Positions 19,611 through 28,842 of a stretch of DNA of 64,000 nucleotides are shown piece after piece. The notes beneath the pieces were generated by a model. It did no database searches. It was not told where the DNA came from and saw only the letters and a list, made by a program, of their open reading frames with translations. Each line of letters opens with the position of its first letter. Position 1 is the first letter of the stretch. The translations under genes were made by a program, and so were the position numbers. The stretch comes from Bacteroidia bacterium (lineage in GTDB: Bacteria; Bacteroidota; Bacteroidia; UKL13-3), in assembly GCA_051861545.1 (NCBI GenBank), contig JBIMKP010000011.1:20299-84298 (forward strand), given 5' to 3'.

Positions 19611-20219
19611 ATGGGAGTCACATTATACTTAGGATTTATTGAAGGTGATAATGAGGTAGGAAATTATTGCGGGAAATCTTTTTTTCAGGAAATAATAGGT
19701 GGAAGGAATCCTGAGCACTTCAATCTTGATAATTTCTTAACAGATGAAGAGCAAAAATTACTTTATCCTGATTATGCTGATTATCCTAGTTATGAAGAAA
19801 TGAAAAGGAATTGTAGAGAATTTGACCCACAAAAATTATTGAATATATTTAAAAAGATTTATGAATTTCTTTTTATTAATCATGATAGACTTCCTCTTAT
19901 TCACATTATACGCAAAGACAAAATTGCCCAAATAGGAACTCTTGATGAATTCATTTTCAATGGAAAAATAAGCCATTTAGATGGCATGCATCATGACCTT
20001 TTTCACCGAAATGATTTGTCCTTGATTAGTTGGCATAATGGCCAAGAAATAAGAGAATGGATTCCTGTTTCAAAGGAACTGAATTTGGATGGCAACATTT
20101 TTTTTGTTGAGACTTTAAATAAATTTGATGAGTACAAAAAGATACTGGAAGCTTGCATTCAAACATGCGAAAAAGCTAAAGAGCTAAATGAAAAATTAAA
20201 TTGGACATATGCATTTTGA
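19611..20219 (+). CDS. Hypothetical protein
   Basis: 202-aa ORF with no recognised motif. Confidence 0.7.
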   Translation: MGVTLYLGFIEGDNEVGNYCGKSFFQEIIGGRNPEHFNLDNFLTDEEQKLLYPDYADYPSYEEMKRNCREFDPQKLLNIFKKIYEFLFINHDRLPLIHIIRKDKIAQIGTLDEFIFNGKISHLDGMHHDLFHRNDLSLISWHNGQEIREWIPVSKELNLDGNIFFVETLNKFDEYKKILEACIQTCEKAKELNEKLNWTYAF

Positions 20220-20438
20220 TCGAAGAAGTCCGGGTAATAATTTGACCTAAGAATAATTTTCGTTTCAATGCAAACTAGATACAACTGTGGTTTATTCGTT
20301 TTCTTCAAGTTAATTTTGTGTTGAGATGCACTGATGTTACGTTAGAGCCAATCACTCTTTCCAAAAGCATATACACATACGCTTATTTCTCCTTTAAAAA
20401 GCCGAGATACTTAATATGCTTTTTAATTATAATTGTAT

Positions 20439-20627
20439 ATGATCAAGAATCCATTACAATTAGAAATTCAGAAAGTTCTAGAAAACCTTCCAGAGAGTGT
20501 ATTGCAAGATGTGCTTGATTTCTTAAACGATCTTCAGAATCAATCTTCAGACAAAACTGCCTTAACCAATAATTTGAGTCAAATACTCCTTGAGGATAAA
20601 GAATTACTTGAGGAATTAGCTCAATGA
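20439..20627 (+). CDS. Small antitoxin-like protein (DUF2281-like)
   Basis: EIQKVLENLPESVLQDVLDFL pattern; ends EDKELLEELAQ. Confidence 0.6.
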   Translation: MIKNPLQLEIQKVLENLPESVLQDVLDFLNDLQNQSSDKTALTNNLSQILLEDKELLEELAQ

Positions 20628-20639
20628 TTGAATCGTATC

Positions 20640-21698
20640 ATGAAAACAATCTTTATCTTTTTAATAACTGTAAGTACCCTTTTTTCAAGCTGTGAAAAAA
20701 AATCCAGTACGAGTGAATTTATAGACTCGGTTTATGTAAAAGTAAATGGAATTGTATACATAAATAAACCTTCAAAAATTCAGTATAAAGATTCACTAAT
20801 AATTTTAAAAAATGACTCAATAGTCGTTTTGATGCCTACAAAAACTAGCTTAAAATTATTTATTCATGATTCTTTAATTACTGGGCAATTGAATCTTATA
20901 TACTCAGAAAAGGCGATGAGTGTTACACTCAAACAAGGTTTTGATACATTTATAGAAGTATTAACTTATCAGGATTTTAAGCTAGAAAGACAAACTAGTT
21001 GGACCAATCAATTCTTACCTATACTAATAATTGTTTTAATTTTATTTAGGTTCCTTTTGGGTTCTTATCATAAAAAAGAGCCAGAACCAAAACCTGTGCG
21101 TTCTGACGGAAATAAAATTGTTGAACAACTAAGTGAACTTGGATATTTCAAGTATATGAATGACTCTGAAAAAATAGATGAGTTGAAAAAACAACTTGTC
21201 GATTCCATTAATAATTATAACCTTCTTATTACAATTGATTCTGGAGAAAACTTTGAGCCAATTGATAAAAGATTATTCTATTGTGATGGAGAAACTCTTT
21301 TTGAGATTGGTGGTTTAGTTGATTATTTAAACTTGCTTAAACCGGCCTTTACAAGTAGGAGTCTAACATTAGAATGGAGTAATGAAATTTCTGACGAGAA
21401 AGTTAATCATTGGTCACATAAAATTACAGTGAATGGTAAAGAATATGTTGCATTTGAAGGCGATTTGGACAATATTTATGCTTGGGGAATTGCACAATTG
21501 AATTTCTGTGAAATTATTAATGATGTGTTGAAACGCCAAAATTCAGATGAGCAAGTATATCCTATTTATGCAGGTGAAGAAGGACAATTTATACTTCTAA
21601 ATAAAGAGCAATTTGAATATATTGAATCCATTGAACTACAAGTTGAATTTAAGCCAAGAACTATCTCCGATTGGAAAAAGTATCATGAATTGAATTAG
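20640..21698 (+). CDS. Hypothetical lipoprotein with an internal TM segment
   Basis: Lipobox LFSSC; hydrophobic FLPILIIVLILFRFLL; acidic C-terminal domain. Confidence 0.7.
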   Translation: MKTIFIFLITVSTLFSSCEKKSSTSEFIDSVYVKVNGIVYINKPSKIQYKDSLIILKNDSIVVLMPTKTSLKLFIHDSLITGQLNLIYSEKAMSVTLKQGFDTFIEVLTYQDFKLERQTSWTNQFLPILIIVLILFRFLLGSYHKKEPEPKPVRSDGNKIVEQLSELGYFKYMNDSEKIDELKKQLVDSINNYNLLITIDSGENFEPIDKRLFYCDGETLFEIGGLVDYLNLLKPAFTSRSLTLEWSNEISDEKVNHWSHKITVNGKEYVAFEGDLDNIYAWGIAQLNFCEIINDVLKRQNSDEQVYPIYAGEEGQFILLNKEQFEYIESIELQVEFKPRTISDWKKYHELN

Positions 21699-21847
21699 AA
21701 ATTAATTTGGATTTAAAAACTAAAAACAGATATTTCTGAGTGTTTTACATCCCAATTTTGTAAACAACTTACATATTTGGACGAATTTGTTTTTAATTTT
21801 CGCTTTTTACCGCTAAAATTGTATGATATTTACATAATTACCCAAAA

Positions 21848-23125
21848 ATGATAGTAAACTTTAGTGTTCAAAATTTTGGATCGATAAAGGATAAACAAAC
21901 GCTTTCTTTTGAAGCTGATAAATCAACGCATTTAGAGGAACATTATATAATCGAGGCTAAAGGAGGATTAAGGCTATTAAAGTTAGCTTTAATTTTTGGT
22001 GCTAATGCTTCGGGCAAAACAACAATCTTAAAAGCCTTAGACTTTTTAAGAGAAATAGTTTTAAGACCGGCTGAAAAAAAAACGGATTTACTCTTATTTA
22101 ACCCATTCCTTTTCGATTCTAAAACTCCAAAACAAAACTCAATAATTTCTATTGATTTCATTCAAAATGAAATTAGGTATTTTTACGAAATTGAATTTAA
22201 TAGGAATGCTTTTCTAAGAGAAGAACTTAATTTTTCACAACCCAAAAAGGCAAATGTATTTAAGCGAACAACCGATGTTAATAAACAGTTTACTGAAATT
22301 ACATTTGGAAGTAAAATTAAGAAGGATAAAACATTTGAAAAGACTTTAGAATCAAATACACTTTGGAATAATACAGTATTAGGAGGTTTTCTTAAAACTA
22401 ACATGGATTCAAAGGAATTAAAAGATGTAATTGATTGGTTCTCTAATACTTTAAAACCAGTAATATTAACTGATACACAGCTTGATAGTACGATAACAGA
22501 AAACCTTGTAGAATCGGAAATAAATAAATTTGATATCATCAATGTACTAAAGAAAGCCGATTTTAATATTTCCGATATTGTACTTAAGGAAGATGAGGCG
22601 ATGACAAATGGTACGCTCAAAATATTAAGAGCTTTAGAATTACCAAAGGAAGCTTTAGAGGAAATGATAAACTCACCATTAAGGAAAATAGAATTTGAGC
22701 ATACAATTAATAATAAAACCTACAATTTGCCATTTGAATTAGAGTCTCAAGGAACAAAAAGGTATTATGGTTTTGCCGGACTTTTGAGTTTATTAATCAA
22801 TAAATCTATTACTTATCCAATTGATGAATTGGAAGCATCCTTGCATCCAGAATTATACATTCATTTTCTAATATCTTTTTTAATCAATTCTAAAAAATCA
22901 CAAATTATTGCAAGCACTCATTATAGAGAAATTCTCGATAACAAAGATATTTTTAGAAATGATTCAATTTGGTTTACAAACAAATCTGAAAATTGTGCAA
23001 CAGAATTGTATTCCTTATCTGATTTCGATAGTTCGGTTATTAGAGACACTAGCAATATTTTTAATGCATATAAATCCGGAAAATTAGGTGCCACACCTAA
23101 TTTAGGAGATTACTATATTGACTAA
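21848..23125 (+). CDS. AAA_21 / RloA-like ABC ATPase
   Basis: VQNFGSI, Walker A GANASGKT, ESQGTKR, IDELEASLHP, STH and YKSGKLGATP motifs. Confidence 0.9.
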   Translation: MIVNFSVQNFGSIKDKQTLSFEADKSTHLEEHYIIEAKGGLRLLKLALIFGANASGKTTILKALDFLREIVLRPAEKKTDLLLFNPFLFDSKTPKQNSIISIDFIQNEIRYFYEIEFNRNAFLREELNFSQPKKANVFKRTTDVNKQFTEITFGSKIKKDKTFEKTLESNTLWNNTVLGGFLKTNMDSKELKDVIDWFSNTLKPVILTDTQLDSTITENLVESEINKFDIINVLKKADFNISDIVLKEDEAMTNGTLKILRALELPKEALEEMINSPLRKIEFEHTINNKTYNLPFELESQGTKRYYGFAGLLSLLINKSITYPIDELEASLHPELYIHFLISFLINSKKSQIIASTHYREILDNKDIFRNDSIWFTNKSENCATELYSLSDFDSSVIRDTSNIFNAYKSGKLGATPNLGDYYID

Positions 23126-23291
23126 ATCTATGAGAATCTCATTACATTTTGAATCAAGCTTCCTTAATTATTTAACTGCTTAATTAGTAAGAATTTAAGC
23201 ATTAGTAATATAAATAATAAACTATTCCTTACAATTTGGGAAATTAAATATTCAACATGCAGATTATCAAATTATTATTAATGTTGTATAA

Positions 23292-23339
23292 AAATATTAC
23301 CATTTATTGGTAATATTTATCTTTTATGCCCTAAGTTTG
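23292..23339 (+). promoter_or_regulatory. Promoter with an overlapping perfect inverted repeat (candidate operator)
   Basis: aaatattacca-tttat-tggtaatattt (23292-23318), then the TAAGTTTG -7 element (23332-23339). Confidence 0.65.
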
Positions 23340-23363
23340 TGCTTCAATTTAATTTAAACGACA

Positions 23364-24572
23364 ATGCTAATCGAATTTAAAATAAAGAATTTTTTATCCT
23401 TTAAAAATGAGGCGACTTTTCTAATGACAAGAGTGAATTCTTTTAAAGAACATTTAGATACAAATGTTTTCAAAACTGATAAAGAATTCGAGTTATTGAA
23501 GACAGCTGCTATTTATGGTTCTAATGGAAGTGGTAAAAGTAACTTTATCAAAGCAATGGCAGCAATGAATAACATTATTTTCAATTCTTTTAGTAATTCA
23601 TTAAAAAAAGATGAAGAAAGTCCAGTTCTTGATTATTCTTTTAAACTTAATTCTAAAAGTGAAAAAGCTGCAACAATGTTTGAAGTTTCTTTTCTTTTAA
23701 AATCAATAATTTATCGTTATGGTTTTGAAATTAATAAAGGTGAAATAAAGAAAGAATGGTTATATCGAAAAAATGAAAGAGAGGTGAATTTATTTGTTAG
23801 AAAAGGGAAAAAGTTTGAAATAAATAAGGAATCTTTTCTAGAAGGAGAAAAGTATAAAGATGATGTTAATTCAAATGTTTTACTCTTAAGTCACTTAGCT
23901 CAAAATAATCAAAAAATTTCAAGATTAGTTTTGGGTTTGTTCTCAAACGTGAATGTGATTAGTGGACTATATGATTTGAATTATAATAAATATACTGCAA
24001 ATTTGTTAGGGACAGAACCAAAATTTAAGAAGTGGGCTTCATATGCTTTAAAATATCTTGAAATTACTAATGTGGAAGCAGGTGAAAAAGAGGGAGAAAT
24101 ACTTACATATCATAACAAATATGATGAAAATAATTTGTTGATAGACTCAATTGCTTTCAACGCAAAAATGGAGTCAGATGGGACTAAAAAACTTATTAAC
24201 ACTTTAGGTCCTATATATGATACATTAAGGGAAGGTCGAGTATTATTTATTGATGAATTCGATTCAAAGTTGCATCCAAATCTTTCTAAGAAATTAATTG
24301 AATTGTTTCACAAATGCAATCGAAGAGGGGCTCAATTAATTTTCTCTGCTCATGATTCTAACTTGTTGGACAAAGACATTTTTAGAAGAGACCAAATATG
24401 GTTCGTCGAGAAAGATCAATTTGGAGCTTCCACACTATATTCTTTATCTGAATTTGATGCCAAAACAGTAAGAAATACATCAGATTTTGATAAAAAGTAT
24501 CTAGCAAATGTGTTTGGAGCTGCTGAAACCATTGAGTTAAATAAAACGTTAACTGATTTATTGTATGAGTAA
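23364..24572 (+). CDS. AAA_21 / RloA-like ABC ATPase
   Basis: KNFLSF, GSNGSGKS, ESDGTKK, IDEFDSKLHP, SAH and FRRDQIWFVEK motifs. Confidence 0.9.
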   Translation: MLIEFKIKNFLSFKNEATFLMTRVNSFKEHLDTNVFKTDKEFELLKTAAIYGSNGSGKSNFIKAMAAMNNIIFNSFSNSLKKDEESPVLDYSFKLNSKSEKAATMFEVSFLLKSIIYRYGFEINKGEIKKEWLYRKNEREVNLFVRKGKKFEINKESFLEGEKYKDDVNSNVLLLSHLAQNNQKISRLVLGLFSNVNVISGLYDLNYNKYTANLLGTEPKFKKWASYALKYLEITNVEAGEKEGEILTYHNKYDENNLLIDSIAFNAKMESDGTKKLINTLGPIYDTLREGRVLFIDEFDSKLHPNLSKKLIELFHKCNRRGAQLIFSAHDSNLLDKDIFRRDQIWFVEKDQFGASTLYSLSEFDAKTVRNTSDFDKKYLANVFGAAETIELNKTLTDLLYE

Positions 24573-24993
24573 AAAAGAGAGAAAAGACCCAGCATACATC
24601 AGGGAACAAGGTAATCGAGCTGCAAATGTAGCCAAGCAAAGAAAAATAACGTTCAGTTTTACTAAGCATTTACCTAATCAAGGACAAACAATTGAGGAAT
24701 GGGATGAAATGGGTTTGCTTGTTTTATTATATAACAGACTAAAATTTGTTGGACAGTATTCCGCAATAGAAGTTAGACAAAATAAAATAATAAAAGAGTA
24801 TACAAAAGTTGATTTTCCGCCAAAATCGGAATTTAAACAACCTACACATATAACTAATGTTGTTTGGGCTGTTATGCATATTACTCAAACTAGTAAAGAA
24901 GTAGTAGTTGGATTCATTGAGGATGATGTGTTTTATATAATCTTCCTTGACGCGGAGCATAAATTTTGGCCAAGTACTTTGAAAAATACTTGA
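24565..24993 (+). CDS. Small basic protein resembling the MAG6450 / RelE-like putative toxin family
   Basis: ITFSF...QGQTIEEW...VVGFIEDDVFYIIFLDAEHKFWPS; 8-bp overlap with the ATPase stop. Confidence 0.6.
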   Translation: MSKKERKDPAYIREQGNRAANVAKQRKITFSFTKHLPNQGQTIEEWDEMGLLVLLYNRLKFVGQYSAIEVRQNKIIKEYTKVDFPPKSEFKQPTHITNVVWAVMHITQTSKEVVVGFIEDDVFYIIFLDAEHKFWPSTLKNT

Positions 24994-25154
24994 AATTATT
25001 ATCATGAGTCTCCTCTTTTTAACAACATTCTCCAACAATTGGAAGGGACATAATAATTTTGTTTTGAATTGTTTAAGCCTTCTGTTTTTATAAAAAGATA
25101 ATTATCTCTAAACAATTATTATTAGATCCAAACTACTTCCCTCAACTACCCAAC

Positions 25155-25196
25155 AAAAAAGCCCTTCAGCAATTACTACTAAAGGGCTTTCTTTTT
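25155..25196. terminator. Bidirectional terminator
   Basis: aaaaaagccctt...aagggctttctttt between convergent genes. Confidence 0.75.
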
Positions 25197-27850
25197 TATT
25201 CCGCTACTTCACTTCTTTCAAATTTGCCGAATTCCATTTCGCCGGCATCGTCCATTTCTTTGAGTTTCATAATTTGGTCGAGGGCATCTGGAACTACATC
25301 GCTGCAAATGGTTATAAAGCTATTTTTGCTTGCATTTTTAATGGCGTAATCAATGGCTTCAGTTTCCTTTTTAATAACAGTTACTTTTTTGTTCGGATCA
25401 ATTTCAGAAATTCCTTTCATCATCAAATCAATGATTTCTTGTTCGGTTCTGCCTCTTAGGTTTTTATCCTGACGAATAATCACTTCATTGAACATAGAAG
25501 CGGCCATTTTACCTAATGCAACGGTATCTTCATCTCTTCTATCACCAACACCGGCGATAATACCAACATGGTGCGCTTCAATCTTCGATAACATATCTGC
25601 AATGGCTGTAAAACCTGCTGCATTGTGCGCGTAGTCTACCATCACTTCAAAGTTTTTGAACCTGAAGATATTCATCCTTCCCGGTGTTTGTGCTGGTCCC
25701 GGTATGAAGGTTTGAAGTGCAATGCGCATGTCTTCAATTTTGAAGTTTCTTACAAATCCAGCCAATAAGGTTGGAAGAATATTTTGTACATTATACAAAG
25801 CTTTTCCGCCATATGTCAAAGGAATATTTACCGCTTTTTCAACCCTAATTTTCCAGGTTCCTTTGCTAATGGTTACATATCCGTTTTCGTAAATGGCAGC
25901 CAATCCACCAGCTTCAATATGCTTTTTCAATAAAGGATTGCTTTCATCCATAGAGAAATAAGCTACCTTACATTTTAAGTCTTTTGCCATCGATGCAGCC
26001 CATTTATTGTCTGCATTTAAAATGGCATATCCACCCGGTAAAACACTTTCTGGCACTACAGATTTTACTCTGGTTAATTGCTCAATGGTATCAATATCAG
26101 ACAAACCTAAATGGTCTTCTGCAACATTGGTAACAATAGCAATATCACAATTATGAAAGCCCAATCCCGACCTTAAAATTCCACCTCTTGCACATTCCAA
26201 AACAGCAAAATCAACGGTTGGGTCTTTTAATACAAACTCTGCACTAACTGGTCCGGTGCAATCGCCACGCATCATCAATTGATTTTGAATGTAAATTCCA
26301 TCGGTTGTGGTATAACCTACTTTATGTCCCATGGTTTTTACCATATGCGCCATTAAACGAGTAGTGGTAGTTTTACCATTGGTACCAGTAACAGCAATAA
26401 TCGGAATTCTTGCAGAACTTCCTGGAGGATATAACATATCAATTACTGGCTCAGCCACATTTCTTGGTAAACCAATGGCTGGGTCGATATGCATTCTAAA
26501 ACCTGGAGCCGCATTTACTTCTAAAATAGCACCACCATTTTGAGAAACTGGCTCCGATAAATTTTCAGCCATGATATCAATTCCACAAATATCTAAACCA
26601 ATAATTCGGGCAATCCTTTCACACATAAAAATATTATCGGGATGCACCATATCAGTAACATCGGTTGCTGTTCCGCCAGTACTTAAATTGGCAGTTGGTT
26701 TCAACCACAATTCTTCATCTTTAGGTAAAACAGTATCCAATGTCAATCCCTTTTTGTTCAAGATATCCATGGTGAATTCATCAACCTTAATAGAGGTTAA
26801 TGTTTTCTCATGTCCATAACCTCTTCTTGGGTCTAAATTGGTGATATCAATAAGTTCTTGAATGCTGTGTTTTCCATCACCAGTTACCGCAGCAGGTTTT
26901 CGAATGGCAGCAGCAACAAATTTGTAATTAATTACTAAAACTCGGTGATCTTGTCCTGTAATGAATCTTTCTACAATTACACCACGTGAGTATTTTTTCG
27001 CAGCCTCTAAACCTTTTACTGCATCCTCCCAATTTCTAATATTGGTGGTAGCACCTTTTCCGTGGTTTCCATCAACAGGTTTGGTAACAATAGGATATTT
27101 AACACTTTCAATAGCTGCTTGTAAACCTTCTTCTGTATAAACAATTCTTCCTTTTGGAACAGGAATTTCGGCAGCTTCTAATAGATTTTTAGTTTCTTCT
27201 TTATCGCAAGCAATATCAACAGCAATACTTCCAGTTGTGCTGGCAATGGTAGCACGAATTCGTTTTTGATTAATACCATAACCTAACTGAACAAGTGAGC
27301 GTTTGTTTAAACGGATATAAGGAATTCCTCTGGCTACAGCTTCATCAACAATACAACCAGTACTTGGGCCCAGACGTTCGTCTTCACGAATTTCTCTTAA
27401 AGTTTGAATATCTTCATCTAAAGAAAACTCTTCACCCGAAATTAAATATTCAGCAACTTTAACAGCAGCTCTTGCGGCATAAATACCGGCTTTTTCTTCC
27501 ATGTAATTAAAAACTACATTGTATACACCTTCTTTCGATGCGCTTCTGGTTCTTCCAAAACCACAATCCATTCCGGCAAGCGTTTGAAGTTCTAGAGCGA
27601 TATGTTCAATTACATGTCCCATCCAAGTTCCTTCTTTAACACGTTTAAAGAAACCACCTGCTGTACTTTCAGAGCATCTATGAGAATACATACTTGGAAA
27701 TTTGGCTTCCAATCTCTCTGAGAATCCATCAATTAAATTGGTTGGTTTTTGTTCTAGGTCTTCAAGATCAAGACGCATTTGAATGAGTTTGTGGCGACGT
27801 ACACTCCAGTAATTTGGGCCACGCATAACTTTAATATCTAGTATTCTCAT
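25196..27850 (-). CDS. cphA: Cyanophycin synthetase CphA1
   Basis: MRILDIKVMRGPNYWS start, Cx19HxxEH N-domain, ATP-grasp (KPVDGNHGKG, ANLSTGG, EVNAAPG), Mur-ligase GTNGKTTT and DYAHN. Confidence 0.97.
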   Translation of the reverse strand: MRILDIKVMRGPNYWSVRRHKLIQMRLDLEDLEQKPTNLIDGFSERLEAKFPSMYSHRCSESTAGGFFKRVKEGTWMGHVIEHIALELQTLAGMDCGFGRTRSASKEGVYNVVFNYMEEKAGIYAARAAVKVAEYLISGEEFSLDEDIQTLREIREDERLGPSTGCIVDEAVARGIPYIRLNKRSLVQLGYGINQKRIRATIASTTGSIAVDIACDKEETKNLLEAAEIPVPKGRIVYTEEGLQAAIESVKYPIVTKPVDGNHGKGATTNIRNWEDAVKGLEAAKKYSRGVIVERFITGQDHRVLVINYKFVAAAIRKPAAVTGDGKHSIQELIDITNLDPRRGYGHEKTLTSIKVDEFTMDILNKKGLTLDTVLPKDEELWLKPTANLSTGGTATDVTDMVHPDNIFMCERIARIIGLDICGIDIMAENLSEPVSQNGGAILEVNAAPGFRMHIDPAIGLPRNVAEPVIDMLYPPGSSARIPIIAVTGTNGKTTTTRLMAHMVKTMGHKVGYTTTDGIYIQNQLMMRGDCTGPVSAEFVLKDPTVDFAVLECARGGILRSGLGFHNCDIAIVTNVAEDHLGLSDIDTIEQLTRVKSVVPESVLPGGYAILNADNKWAASMAKDLKCKVAYFSMDESNPLLKKHIEAGGLAAIYENGYVTISKGTWKIRVEKAVNIPLTYGGKALYNVQNILPTLLAGFVRNFKIEDMRIALQTFIPGPAQTPGRMNIFRFKNFEVMVDYAHNAAGFTAIADMLSKIEAHHVGIIAGVGDRRDEDTVALGKMAASMFNEVIIRQDKNLRGRTEQEIIDLMMKGISEIDPNKKVTVIKKETEAIDYAIKNASKNSFITICSDVVPDALDQIMKLKEMDDAGEMEFGKFERSEVAE

Positions 27851-28077
27851 GATAAAGGGATTGTTGTTTTTTTTGAAACCATTTAATTCCATTTGGAAGG
27901 GCTTCGTAAACAATTATAAATAATTAATAAGTCAATTGCCAATTTATAGGCGCCTTTATTAATTTCATTGCTTATCTTGACAATTTACGCTGTAGATTTT
28001 TTACTTAAATCAACTTAATTTTATGAAAAATGTAAACGCTTTACTGAATTTCTTATATTTAGAGGTTAAAATTAAGC

Positions 28078-28836
28078 ATGGAAAAAAGTATTTCTGTTTT
28101 TATAGTTGATGATGAACCTCGTGCGCTTGAAACATTGAGTAAATCATTAACATCCTTTTTTACAAATGTTGAGATTGTTGGAACTGCCAATACCATAATT
28201 GATGCATTTAATGGCATCAACCAAACTAAACCACAACTGGTTTTTTTAGATATTGAAATGGGTAGTGAAAACGGTTTTCAATTATTAGAAAAATTTGATT
28301 CCATTCAGTTTCATGTGGCATTTGTTACTGCTCATGAAGAATTTGCTTTAAAAGCTATTAAGTTTTCGGCCTTAGATTATATCATAAAACCTCCTGCAAT
28401 CTCCGACTTAAAAGCTGTTTTAGTAAAATTAGAAAATAAAGAAGGAAGAATTGAAGAGAATCTAAAGGTGAAACAGATGTTTGGTAACTTTTTAACGCCA
28501 GATAAAAGCGAACACAAAATTACAGTTGCAATAGCCGATGGATACGATTTTATAAAGGTGAGTGATATTCTTTATCTTTTGGCTGATGGCAGTTACACGG
28601 TTTTTCAACTCAAAAATCAACAAAAAATTACCACTTCCAAAAGCCTCAAATTTTATGAAAGTGTGCTTGATTCCTATGGGTTTTTCAGGATTCATAATTC
28701 AACTTTTATCAATATTAAATACATCAAACGAATTAGCAAATCGGCTGGTGGTTCTGTAATTATGGAAGACAATTGCGAATTCAGCATCAGCAAAACTAGA
28801 AAAGATGAGTTTTTAGAATTATTGGCATTGAAATAA
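28078..28836 (+). CDS. LytTR-family response regulator
   Basis: VDDE, FLDIEM and DYIIKP receiver motifs; FFRIHNSTFIN LytTR motif. Confidence 0.95.
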   Translation: MEKSISVFIVDDEPRALETLSKSLTSFFTNVEIVGTANTIIDAFNGINQTKPQLVFLDIEMGSENGFQLLEKFDSIQFHVAFVTAHEEFALKAIKFSALDYIIKPPAISDLKAVLVKLENKEGRIEENLKVKQMFGNFLTPDKSEHKITVAIADGYDFIKVSDILYLLADGSYTVFQLKNQQKITTSKSLKFYESVLDSYGFFRIHNSTFINIKYIKRISKSAGGSVIMEDNCEFSISKTRKDEFLELLALK

Positions 28837-28842
28837 GTATAT

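Noticed and set aside
24382-25038. Minus-strand ORFs of 95 and 99 aa as antitoxins
   Set aside because: Fully or almost fully antisense to the ATPase and toxin-like genes, with no motif or promoter support.
16617-25150. Prophage, ICE, retron or canonical integron
   Set aside because: No integrase, reverse transcriptase, transposase, structural or conjugation gene is recognisable.
27851-27913. N-terminal extension of CphA in the ORF track
   Set aside because: The CphA family start MRILDIKVMRGPNYWS begins at 27850.
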